Below are positions 10,106 to 18,936 of a stretch of 51,444 nt of DNA, one piece after another. The stretch lies in contig JAPYTC010000003.1 in NCBI GenBank assembly GCA_029941685.1, positions 1-51,444 of the forward strand, in the 5' to 3' direction. The DNA comes from Planctomycetota bacterium (GTDB taxonomy: Bacteria; Planctomycetota; UBA1135). Made by a program: the position numbers and the translations under genes. Numbering within the stretch: position 1 is the stretch's first letter; every line of letters begins with the position of its first letter. Under the pieces are notes generated by a model. The model ran no database searches, was not told the DNA's origin, and saw only the letters and a list, made by a program, of their open reading frames with translations.

Positions 10106-10786
10106 ATGCAAAACTATCTTCAACAAGCCGCCGCGCAAGACTGCATGCAACTACTGCATGAAGTGCTGCCGCAAATCATTGCCTCCCCGTTGCTACATGC
10201 GCGCATGGTTAACACTTTGTCACGCATGGAATACGTCGGCACGCGCAAAATATTAAAAGCGCGTAATTCAGCACGGATTGACAATGATGGTTTGATGCAC
10301 ATTATCGAAGAAGCGTCGCATGCGTTGCGTTTAAAGCGCGCGGCGATAAAACTTAATGGTGGCAGCGAAGATGGTATCGCAACCTACTCCGATGAACACA
10401 CTCTGGCCGGTAATGCTGCTGAAAATTATTTACAGCAAGTCGATTACGCTTGTGAGAAAATCGTTGCCGATGCTAACTTGTCTTTCGACGACCAAAGTGA
10501 AGCCAATTATGTTTTAAGTAGCGTAGCTATCGAAGTCCGCGCCGATTGTTTTTACCCTATATACGAACAGTGTTTAGTGGATGCCGGCGCACCGTTTTCG
10601 GTCGCTTCGATCTTAAAAGATGAAGTTAAGCACCTCAAAGAAATGGGCGAAAAAGCTGCTTTGTTGTTTGGTGGCAACTGGCGTGACATTTTCGACAAGG
10701 CCTTCGTGGCCGAATCAGCATTCTTTATTGATTGGGCCGAAAACATCAAAGAGGCCGCATGTCTAGCACCACTGAAACAGTCGTAA
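10106..10786 (+). CDS. Ferritin-like di-iron-carboxylate protein, function unknown
   Basis: 226 aa, all-helical in appearance, with two E...ExxH pairs. The first is RMEYVG ... IIEEASHAL at about 27 aa spacing. The second is AIEVRAD ... KDEVKHL at about 30 aa spacing. This is the ligand pattern of di-iron oxygenases. It starts 4 nt after the deaD stop. Confidence 0.5.
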   Translation: MQNYLQQAAAQDCMQLLHEVLPQIIASPLLHARMVNTLSRMEYVGTRKILKARNSARIDNDGLMHIIEEASHALRLKRAAIKLNGGSEDGIATYSDEHTLAGNAAENYLQQVDYACEKIVADANLSFDDQSEANYVLSSVAIEVRADCFYPIYEQCLVDAGAPFSVASILKDEVKHLKEMGEKAALLFGGNWRDIFDKAFVAESAFFIDWAENIKEAACLAPLKQS

Positions 10787-11964
10787 TTGGCGCTGGTGCT
10801 GCCGGCCTAATGGCAGGAATTTGGGCGGCGCGAGCAGGGCAAAAAGTCGTAGTTTTAGAATCAACTGCCCAAGCCGGAAAAAAAATATTGATTAGTGGCG
10901 GCGGACGCTGCAATTTATTGCCGTCAGTGGCTGACATCAGTGATTTCTATTCGGGTTCATCTGACAATGCAATCAAGCGGCTGTTTCGCACTTGGCCACT
11001 CGAGCAAGTACAGATGTTTTTTGAGTATGAGGTCGATGTGCCTCTTCAACTCGAAGGTGAAACAGGCAAGCTGTTTCCGCAAGCACAAAAATCAATTGTG
11101 GTACGCGATGCCTTACAGAATGAGTTGTTAAATCTTGGTGGAGAAATTCGTTTCAACCACAAAGTAACCGATGTTAAAAAGGTCGGTGGCGATTTTGTTT
11201 TAGCATGTGGCGACAATGTTATTAGTGCAAAAAAGTTGATTATGGCGACTGGCGGCAAATCTGTGCCGAACACCGGCTCTGATGGCTTTGGGTATGAGAT
11301 TGCGCGTCGACTCGGCCACAGCAATTTGCCCAACTACCCCGCTTTAGTGCCACTAGCGACTAACGAGAGCCTGTTAACCGATTTACGCGGCATCAGCTTG
11401 CGCGTTGAATGGCGCGCCGAAAAAAATGGCAAGACTCTTGAGTTAGGCAACAACGATTTACTTTTCACTCATCACGGTTTCAGCGGTCCAGCAATTCTTG
11501 ATGCTAGTCATTGGATAGTGCGCGATAAAGCCGATTTGATTATTAACTTTACACAAGTTAGCAGCGAGGAATGGCGTCAGCGTTTTATTGATGAGCCAGC
11601 CAAGACAGCCCATGCTGTGTTGTCAGACATTGTTCCAGCGCGATTAGCCAAAGCATTGCTTGAGAAAGCAAATGTTAAGCATGACGACCGCGTCGGTAAT
11701 CTACCCGCTGAAAAACGTAAAGCTTTTATTGATGTGATATGTAATTACAAATTAGCGATTAGTGGCAATCGCGGTTTAGCTGTAGCTGAAGTTACCGGCG
11801 GCGGCATCCCGCTTGATGAGGTTAATTTATCGACACTTGAGAGCAAGAAAACTTCGGGGCTTTATCTGTGCGGGGAAATTCTTGATGTCATCGGTCGCAT
11901 TGGTGGCTACAACTTTTACTGGGCCTTTGTCAGCGCACGGTTAGCTGGCGAATCTACAAAATAA
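10759..11964 (+). CDS. FAD-dependent oxidoreductase, HI0933/YhiN (BaiN-like) family
   Basis: Rossmann motif VVIGAGAAGLMAG and the family signature ISGGGRCNL, with C-terminal GLYLCGEILDVIGRIGGYNF. ATG 10759 is preferred because AAAGAGG lies 5 nt upstream. It overlaps the end of the preceding CDS. Confidence 0.85.
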   Translation: MSSTTETVVIGAGAAGLMAGIWAARAGQKVVVLESTAQAGKKILISGGGRCNLLPSVADISDFYSGSSDNAIKRLFRTWPLEQVQMFFEYEVDVPLQLEGETGKLFPQAQKSIVVRDALQNELLNLGGEIRFNHKVTDVKKVGGDFVLACGDNVISAKKLIMATGGKSVPNTGSDGFGYEIARRLGHSNLPNYPALVPLATNESLLTDLRGISLRVEWRAEKNGKTLELGNNDLLFTHHGFSGPAILDASHWIVRDKADLIINFTQVSSEEWRQRFIDEPAKTAHAVLSDIVPARLAKALLEKANVKHDDRVGNLPAEKRKAFIDVICNYKLAISGNRGLAVAEVTGGGIPLDEVNLSTLESKKTSGLYLCGEILDVIGRIGGYNFYWAFVSARLAGESTK

Positions 11965-12964
11965 CTTTTAGACTTTGCTGCCAGCGATCGTCCATGGCGA
12001 AGTGGCCTCCCTTGAAATACTCGACATGGGCGTCAATATTTCCCGCTTTTAATTTTTCATGAAAGCGACGCAGCCCCCACTGCAAGGCAAACTCATCGGT
12101 TTCGCCAGCGTCTAAGAATAAGTAGTCGAGTTGGCGCAGTGCATCAGCGTTTGACTGTTCATCTATCATGCGTAGTGGGTCGTAAGCCAGCCATTTATCA
12201 AAAACATCGTGGCGAATTTCACCAGTCTCTGGCATTACGGGTAAATCAAATCCTAATTTTGACTCTGGGTTTGGTGAATAACAAGTGGCCATTGCAATGG
12301 CTTCGATGCCAGCGTGTTCAGTGAATCCGAAGGTGGACAATCTAGGCAACTGCTCCATGAATGATTCGATGCCACCGTACTTTGACCAACAAGTGAGTGC
12401 ATCGGCAAAACCGCGAAAATGCGACATGTCAAAACCCATGTCTCCGGCATGCGAAGCGGCGGCACGAAAAAATCCCGGGTTGCGCATCGTCAAGCTAAGC
12501 GCGCCAAAACCGCCACTTGATTTGCCGACGATCACCCGGCTGCCATTTCCTCCGCAGCAATATTTATTTTCGACCGCCGGAATGATTTCGTCGATTACAT
12601 AATCTTGATAATTACCCGTGCCAATCGAGTTTACATATTGCGAGCCTCCCAACTTAGTTTCGCAGGCCGGCCATACAAAAACTGCGGGCTTGATTTCGCC
12701 ACTTGCCATGGCCAACGCCAAGCGCTCAGGCACACTCAGCTGCCACATCGACGACTTGTTCACAACCTTATGGTTGAAGCTCGTGTAGCCAGACAGCATC
12801 ACAACCAGCGGCAGGCCCGAAAATTCTTCGCCCGGTGGCAACAACATTGGCTGCGAACGCAAAGTTGGGTCGCCTAGTGGATTGTCCTGCAGGGCTTGAG
12901 AGTCAACATCGAAGGTTGTCAGGACGGCGCCCTTAGCTAAAATACGGTGGTATTGAAATTGCAT
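11954..12964 (-). CDS. Alpha/beta-hydrolase, putative esterase family (esterase D / enterochelin-esterase-like)
   Basis: 336 aa. Nucleophile elbow GKSSGGFGAL (GxSxG) and a downstream AASHAGD segment. The overall pattern fits PF00756-type esterases. Confidence 0.75.
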   Translation of the reverse strand: MQFQYHRILAKGAVLTTFDVDSQALQDNPLGDPTLRSQPMLLPPGEEFSGLPLVVMLSGYTSFNHKVVNKSSMWQLSVPERLALAMASGEIKPAVFVWPACETKLGGSQYVNSIGTGNYQDYVIDEIIPAVENKYCCGGNGSRVIVGKSSGGFGALSLTMRNPGFFRAAASHAGDMGFDMSHFRGFADALTCWSKYGGIESFMEQLPRLSTFGFTEHAGIEAIAMATCYSPNPESKLGFDLPVMPETGEIRHDVFDKWLAYDPLRMIDEQSNADALRQLDYLFLDAGETDEFALQWGLRRFHEKLKAGNIDAHVEYFKGGHFAMDDRWQQSLKVIL

Positions 12965-13005
12965 ATGTGTATTTCATTGAAGCGGGGAGGTTTATTCAAT
13001 AGGCT

Positions 13006-14211
13006 ATGGGTATGAAAGCTGTTCGCTGCGCCTTTGCGGTTGCTTGTGGTTTAGCCACAGGTTGCCAAGCCCCTCAAACCGAAAGAATTGAGGCCCTTAA
13101 TCCTTATGAATACCAACTTGCTGATGGCGAGTATGGTGTTGAGCGCTTGCCTTTTGGCGAAAGTTGGCCTGATTTTGCGATTGGCTGGCAACGGCGCGAA
13201 GAGTTAATTGATGCGACGCAGCGTTCGATGAATTATCTGGCGAAGCCGAGCTCCAAAACGTTCTTCCCGGTCGGACCCAACAACGCCATTACTCACGATT
13301 TAATGTCGCGTTCGGTAGCACGCTTCAACGAAGTCTTGCATCAAGCATTGTCGTCCGAAGATTTCTTGAAGTTGTTGCGCAAAGATTTTGACGTCTGGGT
13401 TGCCCGCGGACGTTCATCTACCGGCGATGTGTTTTTCACTGGCTACGGTACGCCGATTTTAGATGGAGCCAAGGAGCGCGGTGGCGAGTATCAATTTCCG
13501 CTATACGCCCCACCGTCCGATTTGGTGAAAGCAAACGATGGCGCAATTGTCGGCCGCAGAACGGCTAGTGGCCAAACGGTTCCTTACTACACTTCCGCCG
13601 AGTTGCGTGACAATCACCACCTCGATGGTTTAGAAATTGTATGGCTTAAAAACCCTTATGATGCCTACATGGCACATGTTCAAGGTAGTGCCGTGATTCG
13701 CTATGCTAACGGTGATTTGTTCGAAGTCGGTTACGGCGGCAACAACGGCCACGAATACAACAGTATTGGCTTGGCACTAGTCGAAGAAGGTAAGTTCAAA
13801 ATGGGCGACTTGTCGTTACAAAAACTTCGAGATTACTTCGCTGCCAACGAAGGAGAGGCCGCCCGCGTGCTTCCTAAAAACCCTCGCTTCATTTTCTTTA
13901 AGGGCGCCAACGGTGGCCCATACGGATGCCTTGGCCAACCCGTAACGGCAATGCACTCTGTCGCGACGGATAAAGACGTCTTCCCACGTGCAGCTGTAGT
14001 TTATGTCGAAGCACGTTTGCCCGAGTTTAATAAAGACCATGAAATCGTACAGCGCCCGGTAAGATTTTTCGCTCTCGATCAAGACCGCGGTGGCGCAATT
14101 CGCTCGGCAGGTCGTTGCGATATTTATATGGGCTTTGGCGACGACGCTATGGCGCGTGCTGGGCATGTACAGGCCCGTGGGCGCATGTATTACTTGCTCC
14201 TAAAACGATAA
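13006..14211 (+). CDS. mltA: Membrane-bound lytic murein transglycosylase A (lipoprotein)
   Basis: 401 aa. Lipobox LATGC after the signal peptide. MltA-type core including YFTGYGTP and AHVQGS. 3D-domain end DRGGAIRSAGRCDIYMGFGDDA. Confidence 0.88.
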   Translation: MGMKAVRCAFAVACGLATGCQAPQTERIEALNPYEYQLADGEYGVERLPFGESWPDFAIGWQRREELIDATQRSMNYLAKPSSKTFFPVGPNNAITHDLMSRSVARFNEVLHQALSSEDFLKLLRKDFDVWVARGRSSTGDVFFTGYGTPILDGAKERGGEYQFPLYAPPSDLVKANDGAIVGRRTASGQTVPYYTSAELRDNHHLDGLEIVWLKNPYDAYMAHVQGSAVIRYANGDLFEVGYGGNNGHEYNSIGLALVEEGKFKMGDLSLQKLRDYFAANEGEAARVLPKNPRFIFFKGANGGPYGCLGQPVTAMHSVATDKDVFPRAAVVYVEARLPEFNKDHEIVQRPVRFFALDQDRGGAIRSAGRCDIYMGFGDDAMARAGHVQARGRMYYLLLKR

Positions 14212-14230
14212 TATGTGATAGATTAAAGGG

Positions 14231-16507
14231 ATGCGTCTCATCTCATCCTTACTTTGCGCAATCCTCTTGAGTGGTCAAGTATTCGCCACTTGGTCGATTA
14301 TTGTTGTTAATACCAAAACTCAAGAAATCATTGTGGCGTCAGCAACATGTGTTGAGGCGATTAATTTGCGCGCGTACATTGCCATGCTTGAAGCGCAAGC
14401 GGGCGGCGGGTGCGTGCAATCAATTGGCGCTTCCGCGGTAATGCGCGGTGATGCGAGCGCTATGCTTGCCTTGGGTGTCCCACCGGAAGAAATCTTGGAG
14501 GCTATGGCAGCTTACGACAACTTGCACCAACTTCGGCAATATGGTTTTGTAGATATTGCCGGACGTGCTGCAACGTTCACCGGAACTCAGTGTGGTGACT
14601 GGGCTGGCGGTCTAACTGGGCGAAGCGGAGATTTGGTTTACGCGATTCAAGGCAATGTTCTTACGGGGCAGCCAGTCATCGACGCTGCAGAACAAGCACT
14701 GATCAACACCGTGGGTGACTTGTCGCAAAAAGTAATGGCGGCAATGGAAGCCGCGCGCGACATGGGCGGCGACGGCCGTTGTTCATGCAGCAACACTGCG
14801 CCAACATCATGCGGCGCCCCTCCGCCTTCATTCACCAAAAGCGCGCACGTCGGGTTTCTGATTTCCGCGCGCCCCGGAGATCATCCCTATTGCGACAACT
14901 TTGCCTGCGCAAAAGGTGATTTGTATTTAGCAATAAACAAAGCGAGCCTCACCGCCGCCGATCCTGATCCAGTAAGTGAAATGCGCATTAAATTTGACTC
15001 GCTACGCCAAGCATTGGTGGCGCGGCCTGATGCATATTTATCAACCGTTTTCTCTTACTCGAATAAAGTAAGTGCGGGAAGTACTGCGCCGCAAGCTTTT
15101 GTTTTAGATTTATCTGATGTCGATGGCAACTTACTCACCAGTGGTGGCTCGGCGATCACTCTTGATCACACCTCGCGTTCTGCTGGTCTAGCGATTTTGC
15201 ACCAAGTGACCGACCACAACAATGGGACCTACACCGTCGAAGTCATGCCCGGCACAGAAACCGGTGTCGATGAATTACTCTTCGTCGTTGACGACGGCAT
15301 CCGCGCAGTGACTTTATGGCCGCCTACTACTCTGGTACACGAGCAGCCATTAACCCCGTTGACGGCTGAACAAGATATTAACGGTTTACAAAACATCGAT
15401 GTCACTTTTGCGCGCTTCACCGAAAACGGACTCCGTGCATGGGTTGTCGGCGACCAGCAGCAAGGCGGCGGGCTTGAATTTCTTGAGTTGACTCGCGCCG
15501 ATTGGCAAACACCGTTTACTGTCACTGCAAATTGGGGCATCATCAACTTTCCGCTCGCCAGCTTAAAATCCTTTTGGATGAGCGACGATGGTTTACGCAT
15601 GACTCTTGCTGCCGAGCACGTCAACGGCAGCTCGATTGACTTATTCTCTACTTCGCGTAACAGCATCTACGACGATTTTGCTCAACCTCTGCGCGATCGA
15701 GACTTGAATACCTCAGGACTTGAAAGCTCTCCTTTCTTGAGCGCTAATGAATTAGAAATTTGGTTTCATGCCAACCGCGGTAACGGGATTTCATTTTGGC
15801 ATGCAACGCGTCAATCTAAAGATGCACGTTGGTACCCACCGCAACGCTACCTTGAATCCGGTATCAACGAATTCAGCAGCCACCCTACTTTTGCCAACAA
15901 TGGCACCGAATTTATTTTCGCACAACGCTTAGCTTCGTCATCAGGATATAGTCTATTCCATGCTTCGCGTGACGAGAACGGCACGGTTGGCCCATACCGC
16001 TTGCTTAGTGGAATTTCGCCAACGCGCACCTCGCAGCGCATTCCGTTAAACATCGTCACTGAGCCTAACAGTAACCGACGAGCTCTATGCGCGTTAACAA
16101 ACGGCACTGTGCGTCAGGCCTTCTGTGCCGACGACACCTTGTCTGTAAGCCCGGACTTCATCTCTTTAAGCGCCGGAGGCACTTTTGCTTTTCAAATTGA
16201 TGCCGGTTCAAGCTTTGCGAACGGTTCTTTCACTTTGTTCCCAGGCGACTTGCTTTCGAGTGCCACGGCGGTCGGAGTGATTCCTATCAGTCTCAACCGA
16301 TATTACTCACGGCAAATGAAAAATGCTCTAACGAACGCCGGTGGTTCGTTGTCGGCATCTGGCTCACAGTCCGCCTCATGGACGGTCCCTGCCGGGATGA
16401 ACCTGCCACCGCAACTCATTGACCGTAATATCGGATTTAGTTACATCGCAAAAAGTGGTGGAGATGCGTTAATAAGTCAAGCTGTTGTAATTAGGGTTTT
16501 ACCTTAA
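14231..16507 (+). CDS. Secreted DUF1028 (Ntn-hydrolase fold) domain protein with a large C-terminal beta-rich region containing TolB/PD40-like repeats
   Basis: 758 aa. Signal peptide ...SGQVFA is followed directly by TWSIIVV. DUF1028 pattern RQYGFVDIAGRAATFTGTQCGDWAG ... QGNVLTG ... MGGDGRCSC. The C-terminal part has repeats such as SSPFLSANELEIWFHANRG and SHPTFANNGTEFIFAQR. Confidence 0.7.
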   Translation: MRLISSLLCAILLSGQVFATWSIIVVNTKTQEIIVASATCVEAINLRAYIAMLEAQAGGGCVQSIGASAVMRGDASAMLALGVPPEEILEAMAAYDNLHQLRQYGFVDIAGRAATFTGTQCGDWAGGLTGRSGDLVYAIQGNVLTGQPVIDAAEQALINTVGDLSQKVMAAMEAARDMGGDGRCSCSNTAPTSCGAPPPSFTKSAHVGFLISARPGDHPYCDNFACAKGDLYLAINKASLTAADPDPVSEMRIKFDSLRQALVARPDAYLSTVFSYSNKVSAGSTAPQAFVLDLSDVDGNLLTSGGSAITLDHTSRSAGLAILHQVTDHNNGTYTVEVMPGTETGVDELLFVVDDGIRAVTLWPPTTLVHEQPLTPLTAEQDINGLQNIDVTFARFTENGLRAWVVGDQQQGGGLEFLELTRADWQTPFTVTANWGIINFPLASLKSFWMSDDGLRMTLAAEHVNGSSIDLFSTSRNSIYDDFAQPLRDRDLNTSGLESSPFLSANELEIWFHANRGNGISFWHATRQSKDARWYPPQRYLESGINEFSSHPTFANNGTEFIFAQRLASSSGYSLFHASRDENGTVGPYRLLSGISPTRTSQRIPLNIVTEPNSNRRALCALTNGTVRQAFCADDTLSVSPDFISLSAGGTFAFQIDAGSSFANGSFTLFPGDLLSSATAVGVIPISLNRYYSRQMKNALTNAGGSLSASGSQSASWTVPAGMNLPPQLIDRNIGFSYIAKSGGDALISQAVVIRVLP

Positions 16508-17057
16508 TCATAATCGCTTCAAAATCTTCGGACTCTAAATAGCCTTGTAGCCAATTATTTAAGAACGACCAAGACTGTTCATCAAACCACGTTATGTCGG
16601 CAATTCTAAACTGCCGCACAAACGGTGCGATGCAAATGTCGGCTGCGCCAAACTCATCTCCAGATAAATATTGTTGCTTTGACAGCAACTCATTGAGCCT
16701 TAATAAAAAAACACTCCCCGCCGCACGGTGTTTATTTGAATCAACATCTTCATATCGAGTTGCGTATTTATAACGATCTAGGTTGTGCTTAAATTCTCCG
16801 TCACATTCACCGACTAATTGCAAAGCGTGCTCATCAACACTCATTGCCCACTTTACTATTTCAATACTTTCGTCGATTACCACACCGTCACTTAACACCA
16901 GCACCGGCACTGTTCCTTTCGACGATACCGCGTACAATTCTGGCGGACGATTGCTCAACTCAATTTCTTGAATTTCGACATCGATACTAGACAAGCGCAA
17001 CGCCAACCTGGCGCGCATTGCATACGGTCAGCGTCGAAACGAGAATAACTTATGCAT
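16491..17057 (-). CDS. Glutathione S-transferase / glutaredoxin-2-like protein with an in-frame TGA (17028-17030) at the catalytic-Cys position; candidate selenoprotein, or a nonsense-disrupted gene
   Basis: The track ORF (16491..17018) starts at MRARLAL, inside the thioredoxin-fold N-domain. Reading upstream in the same frame gives ATG CAT AAG TTA TTC TCG TTT CGA CGC TGA CCG TAT GCA ATG, i.e. MHKLFSFRR-[TGA]-PYAMRARLAL. As I recall them, Cys homologues of this family read ..LYSFRRCPYAMRAR... The C-terminal GST domain is intact (LDRYKY, PFVRQF). Confidence 0.6.
16992..17020 (-). promoter_or_regulatory. Candidate bacterial SECIS-like stem-loop downstream of the in-frame TGA
   Basis: mRNA sequence CAAUGCGCGCCAGGUUGGCGUUGCGCUUG. 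Pairs are C8-G36, A9-U35 and A10-U34, then a U11 bulge, then GCGC/GCGC, a 3-nt bulge and GCC/GGC. The apical loop is AGGUU. The loop GGU falls 23-25 nt from the U of UGA, close to the G23/U24 position in E. coli fdhF. Confidence 0.4.
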
Positions 17058-17179
17058 TAACTGACCTTGGCTATTAAGGCCGAGCGATAGGAGTAGTTGG
17101 TTTCACTCATGCCATATCTTAGCGCCGGTAAAACCAAGATAATCCTGTCGATACAAGCAAGGGCAATATATCATGAAAT

Positions 17180-18043
17180 CTACTGCGCTCTTTTCGGCAC
17201 ACTATTCTGCTGAGCTCCCAAATAGATGCCGAAAAATACCAACAAAGCTCCGATTATCTCTATTTGTCCAGGCCGGCCATCGCCGGCAAAAACACCAAAA
17301 AACATCGCGAATATCACGCCGACGAAACCAATTTGTGTAGCGCGCGTCGCGGTGTGATATCGCAACCCGTGCGTCAAGCACACCTGACCACCCTGCGTGC
17401 CCACGCCCAATGCCAGCAACCACCACCACTCGATGCCGGCCGGCAAACGAAAGTCATTTACACCAAGCGCTAGGCATAGAGGAATCGAGACTAAAGGAAA
17501 TGCCAGTACGATAATAAGTGGTTTTTCGGTTTTACCTAAAATGCGGACTAAGGAGTATGCAATCGAAGAAAAGAAAGCCGTCAATAGGCCAAAAATGATG
17601 CCGTCTATTGGCGCGTTGGCAGAGAAACCTTTAATGAAGGCAATGCCCACTATCGCCAACAATATGGATATGATGCGTTGCGTGCTGTGTTTTTCTTTTA
17701 GGACTACAATGCCGATGATCGCCGCAAAAATCGGCGTGGTGTTATAGATTGTCACCGAAGTGCCGAGTGGCAATCGCGCAATTGCTTCAAAGTAGCACAC
17801 CAGTCCACCGAAACCAAAAATCGAACGCAATAACAACATCCACTTGCGGTTGGCGCGCAACTGAATACCGGCGGCACGCAAAGCGTAAATGGTCATCACC
17901 ACCGAGATCAAACTGCGAAAGAAAACTTTTTCGAACGCCGGAATCTCTGGCAGCATTTTTGCCGACAGCGCCATCACCGAAAAGGACGCCGCGGATGCGA
18001 CCATCCATAAGGTGCCCTGATTAAATCCCTTTACCGTTTTCAT
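17180..18043 (-). CDS. DMT-superfamily (EamA-like) membrane transporter
   Basis: About 10 predicted TM helices in two EamA-like halves. The start is uncertain: track 18100, ATG 18043 or ATG 18004. The upstream gene ends at 18021, so 18043 gives a 23-nt overlap and 18004 gives none. Confidence 0.8.
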   Translation of the reverse strand: MKTVKGFNQGTLWMVASAASFSVMALSAKMLPEIPAFEKVFFRSLISVVMTIYALRAAGIQLRANRKWMLLLRSIFGFGGLVCYFEAIARLPLGTSVTIYNTTPIFAAIIGIVVLKEKHSTQRIISILLAIVGIAFIKGFSANAPIDGIIFGLLTAFFSSIAYSLVRILGKTEKPLIIVLAFPLVSIPLCLALGVNDFRLPAGIEWWWLLALGVGTQGGQVCLTHGLRYHTATRATQIGFVGVIFAMFFGVFAGDGRPGQIEIIGALLVFFGIYLGAQQNSVPKRAQ

Positions 18044-18902
18044 CTGGTGTCCACCAACCATGAGACATTCCAACAGTCGTCCAGAATGCATGAGGGTCAC
18101 TATCTGGTGTAATCAAAATCGCGCCACCAACGCCATCGAAAAAATCGCGCACCCGCTCGAGCATCACCTGCAATGCCTCGCCCGGTTCTTTACCAAAGCG
18201 GACGGCATCTGATAGGCGAGCTGCGAATACAGATCGCATAAATGCTTCGCCAACTCCGGTGGCACTTACTGCACAAACCTCATCGGCATATGTTCCGGCA
18301 CCAATTAACGGTGAATCGCCAACGCGTCCAGATTGTTTTCCCATCGTGCCGCCGGTAGATGTTGCAGCAGCTAAGTTGCCATCGGCGTCGCGAGCTACTG
18401 CACCGACGGTGCCGCCCGCAAAGTTCGGCGACTCACCTTGATCAACAACGCGGTGCCATTGCAAGCGCGCAGCTTCGGTAGTCAACTCGTCTTCGGGTAC
18501 TCGATTAAAACCATTACGCTCGGCCCACTCTGATGCTGGCTGACCCACAAGTAACACCTCGGGTGCATGCAACATTTTGCGCGCTATTTTCACAGGATTT
18601 GGAAAAGCGTCAAGCGCCGCCAAACCAGCGGCGTCGCGCGTTTTGCCGCACATAATCGCAGTATCTAAGGATACGCGACCACTGCGCGTTAAGGCACAGC
18701 CCACGCCAGCGTTATAAGCCGGATTGTCTTCCAGCACCGCAACCGCCGCCGTGACCGCATCAATCACCGAACCACCGGTGCTAAGAATTTTTCCGCCGGC
18801 GAGGGCCGCCAACCGACAACCTTCGGCATGTGCTGCGCGTGATGCTTCAGGAACATCGCCGGCGCCGCCGTGAACTAGAACTAATGGAGTGCTCATGAAC
18901 AA
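18021..18902 (-). CDS. iaaA: Isoaspartyl peptidase / L-asparaginase (plant-type, Ntn hydrolase)
   Basis: 293 aa. VHGGAG near the N-terminus, autoprocessing site GTVGAVARD (Thr nucleophile), and GTMGKQSGRVGDSPLIGAGTYA. Confidence 0.9.
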   Translation of the reverse strand: MFMSTPLVLVHGGAGDVPEASRAAHAEGCRLAALAGGKILSTGGSVIDAVTAAVAVLEDNPAYNAGVGCALTRSGRVSLDTAIMCGKTRDAAGLAALDAFPNPVKIARKMLHAPEVLLVGQPASEWAERNGFNRVPEDELTTEAARLQWHRVVDQGESPNFAGGTVGAVARDADGNLAAATSTGGTMGKQSGRVGDSPLIGAGTYADEVCAVSATGVGEAFMRSVFAARLSDAVRFGKEPGEALQVMLERVRDFFDGVGGAILITPDSDPHAFWTTVGMSHGWWTPDENGKGI

Positions 18903-18936
18903 TATTCTAGCGTAGTGCTGTTAAACTTCTAGAGCA

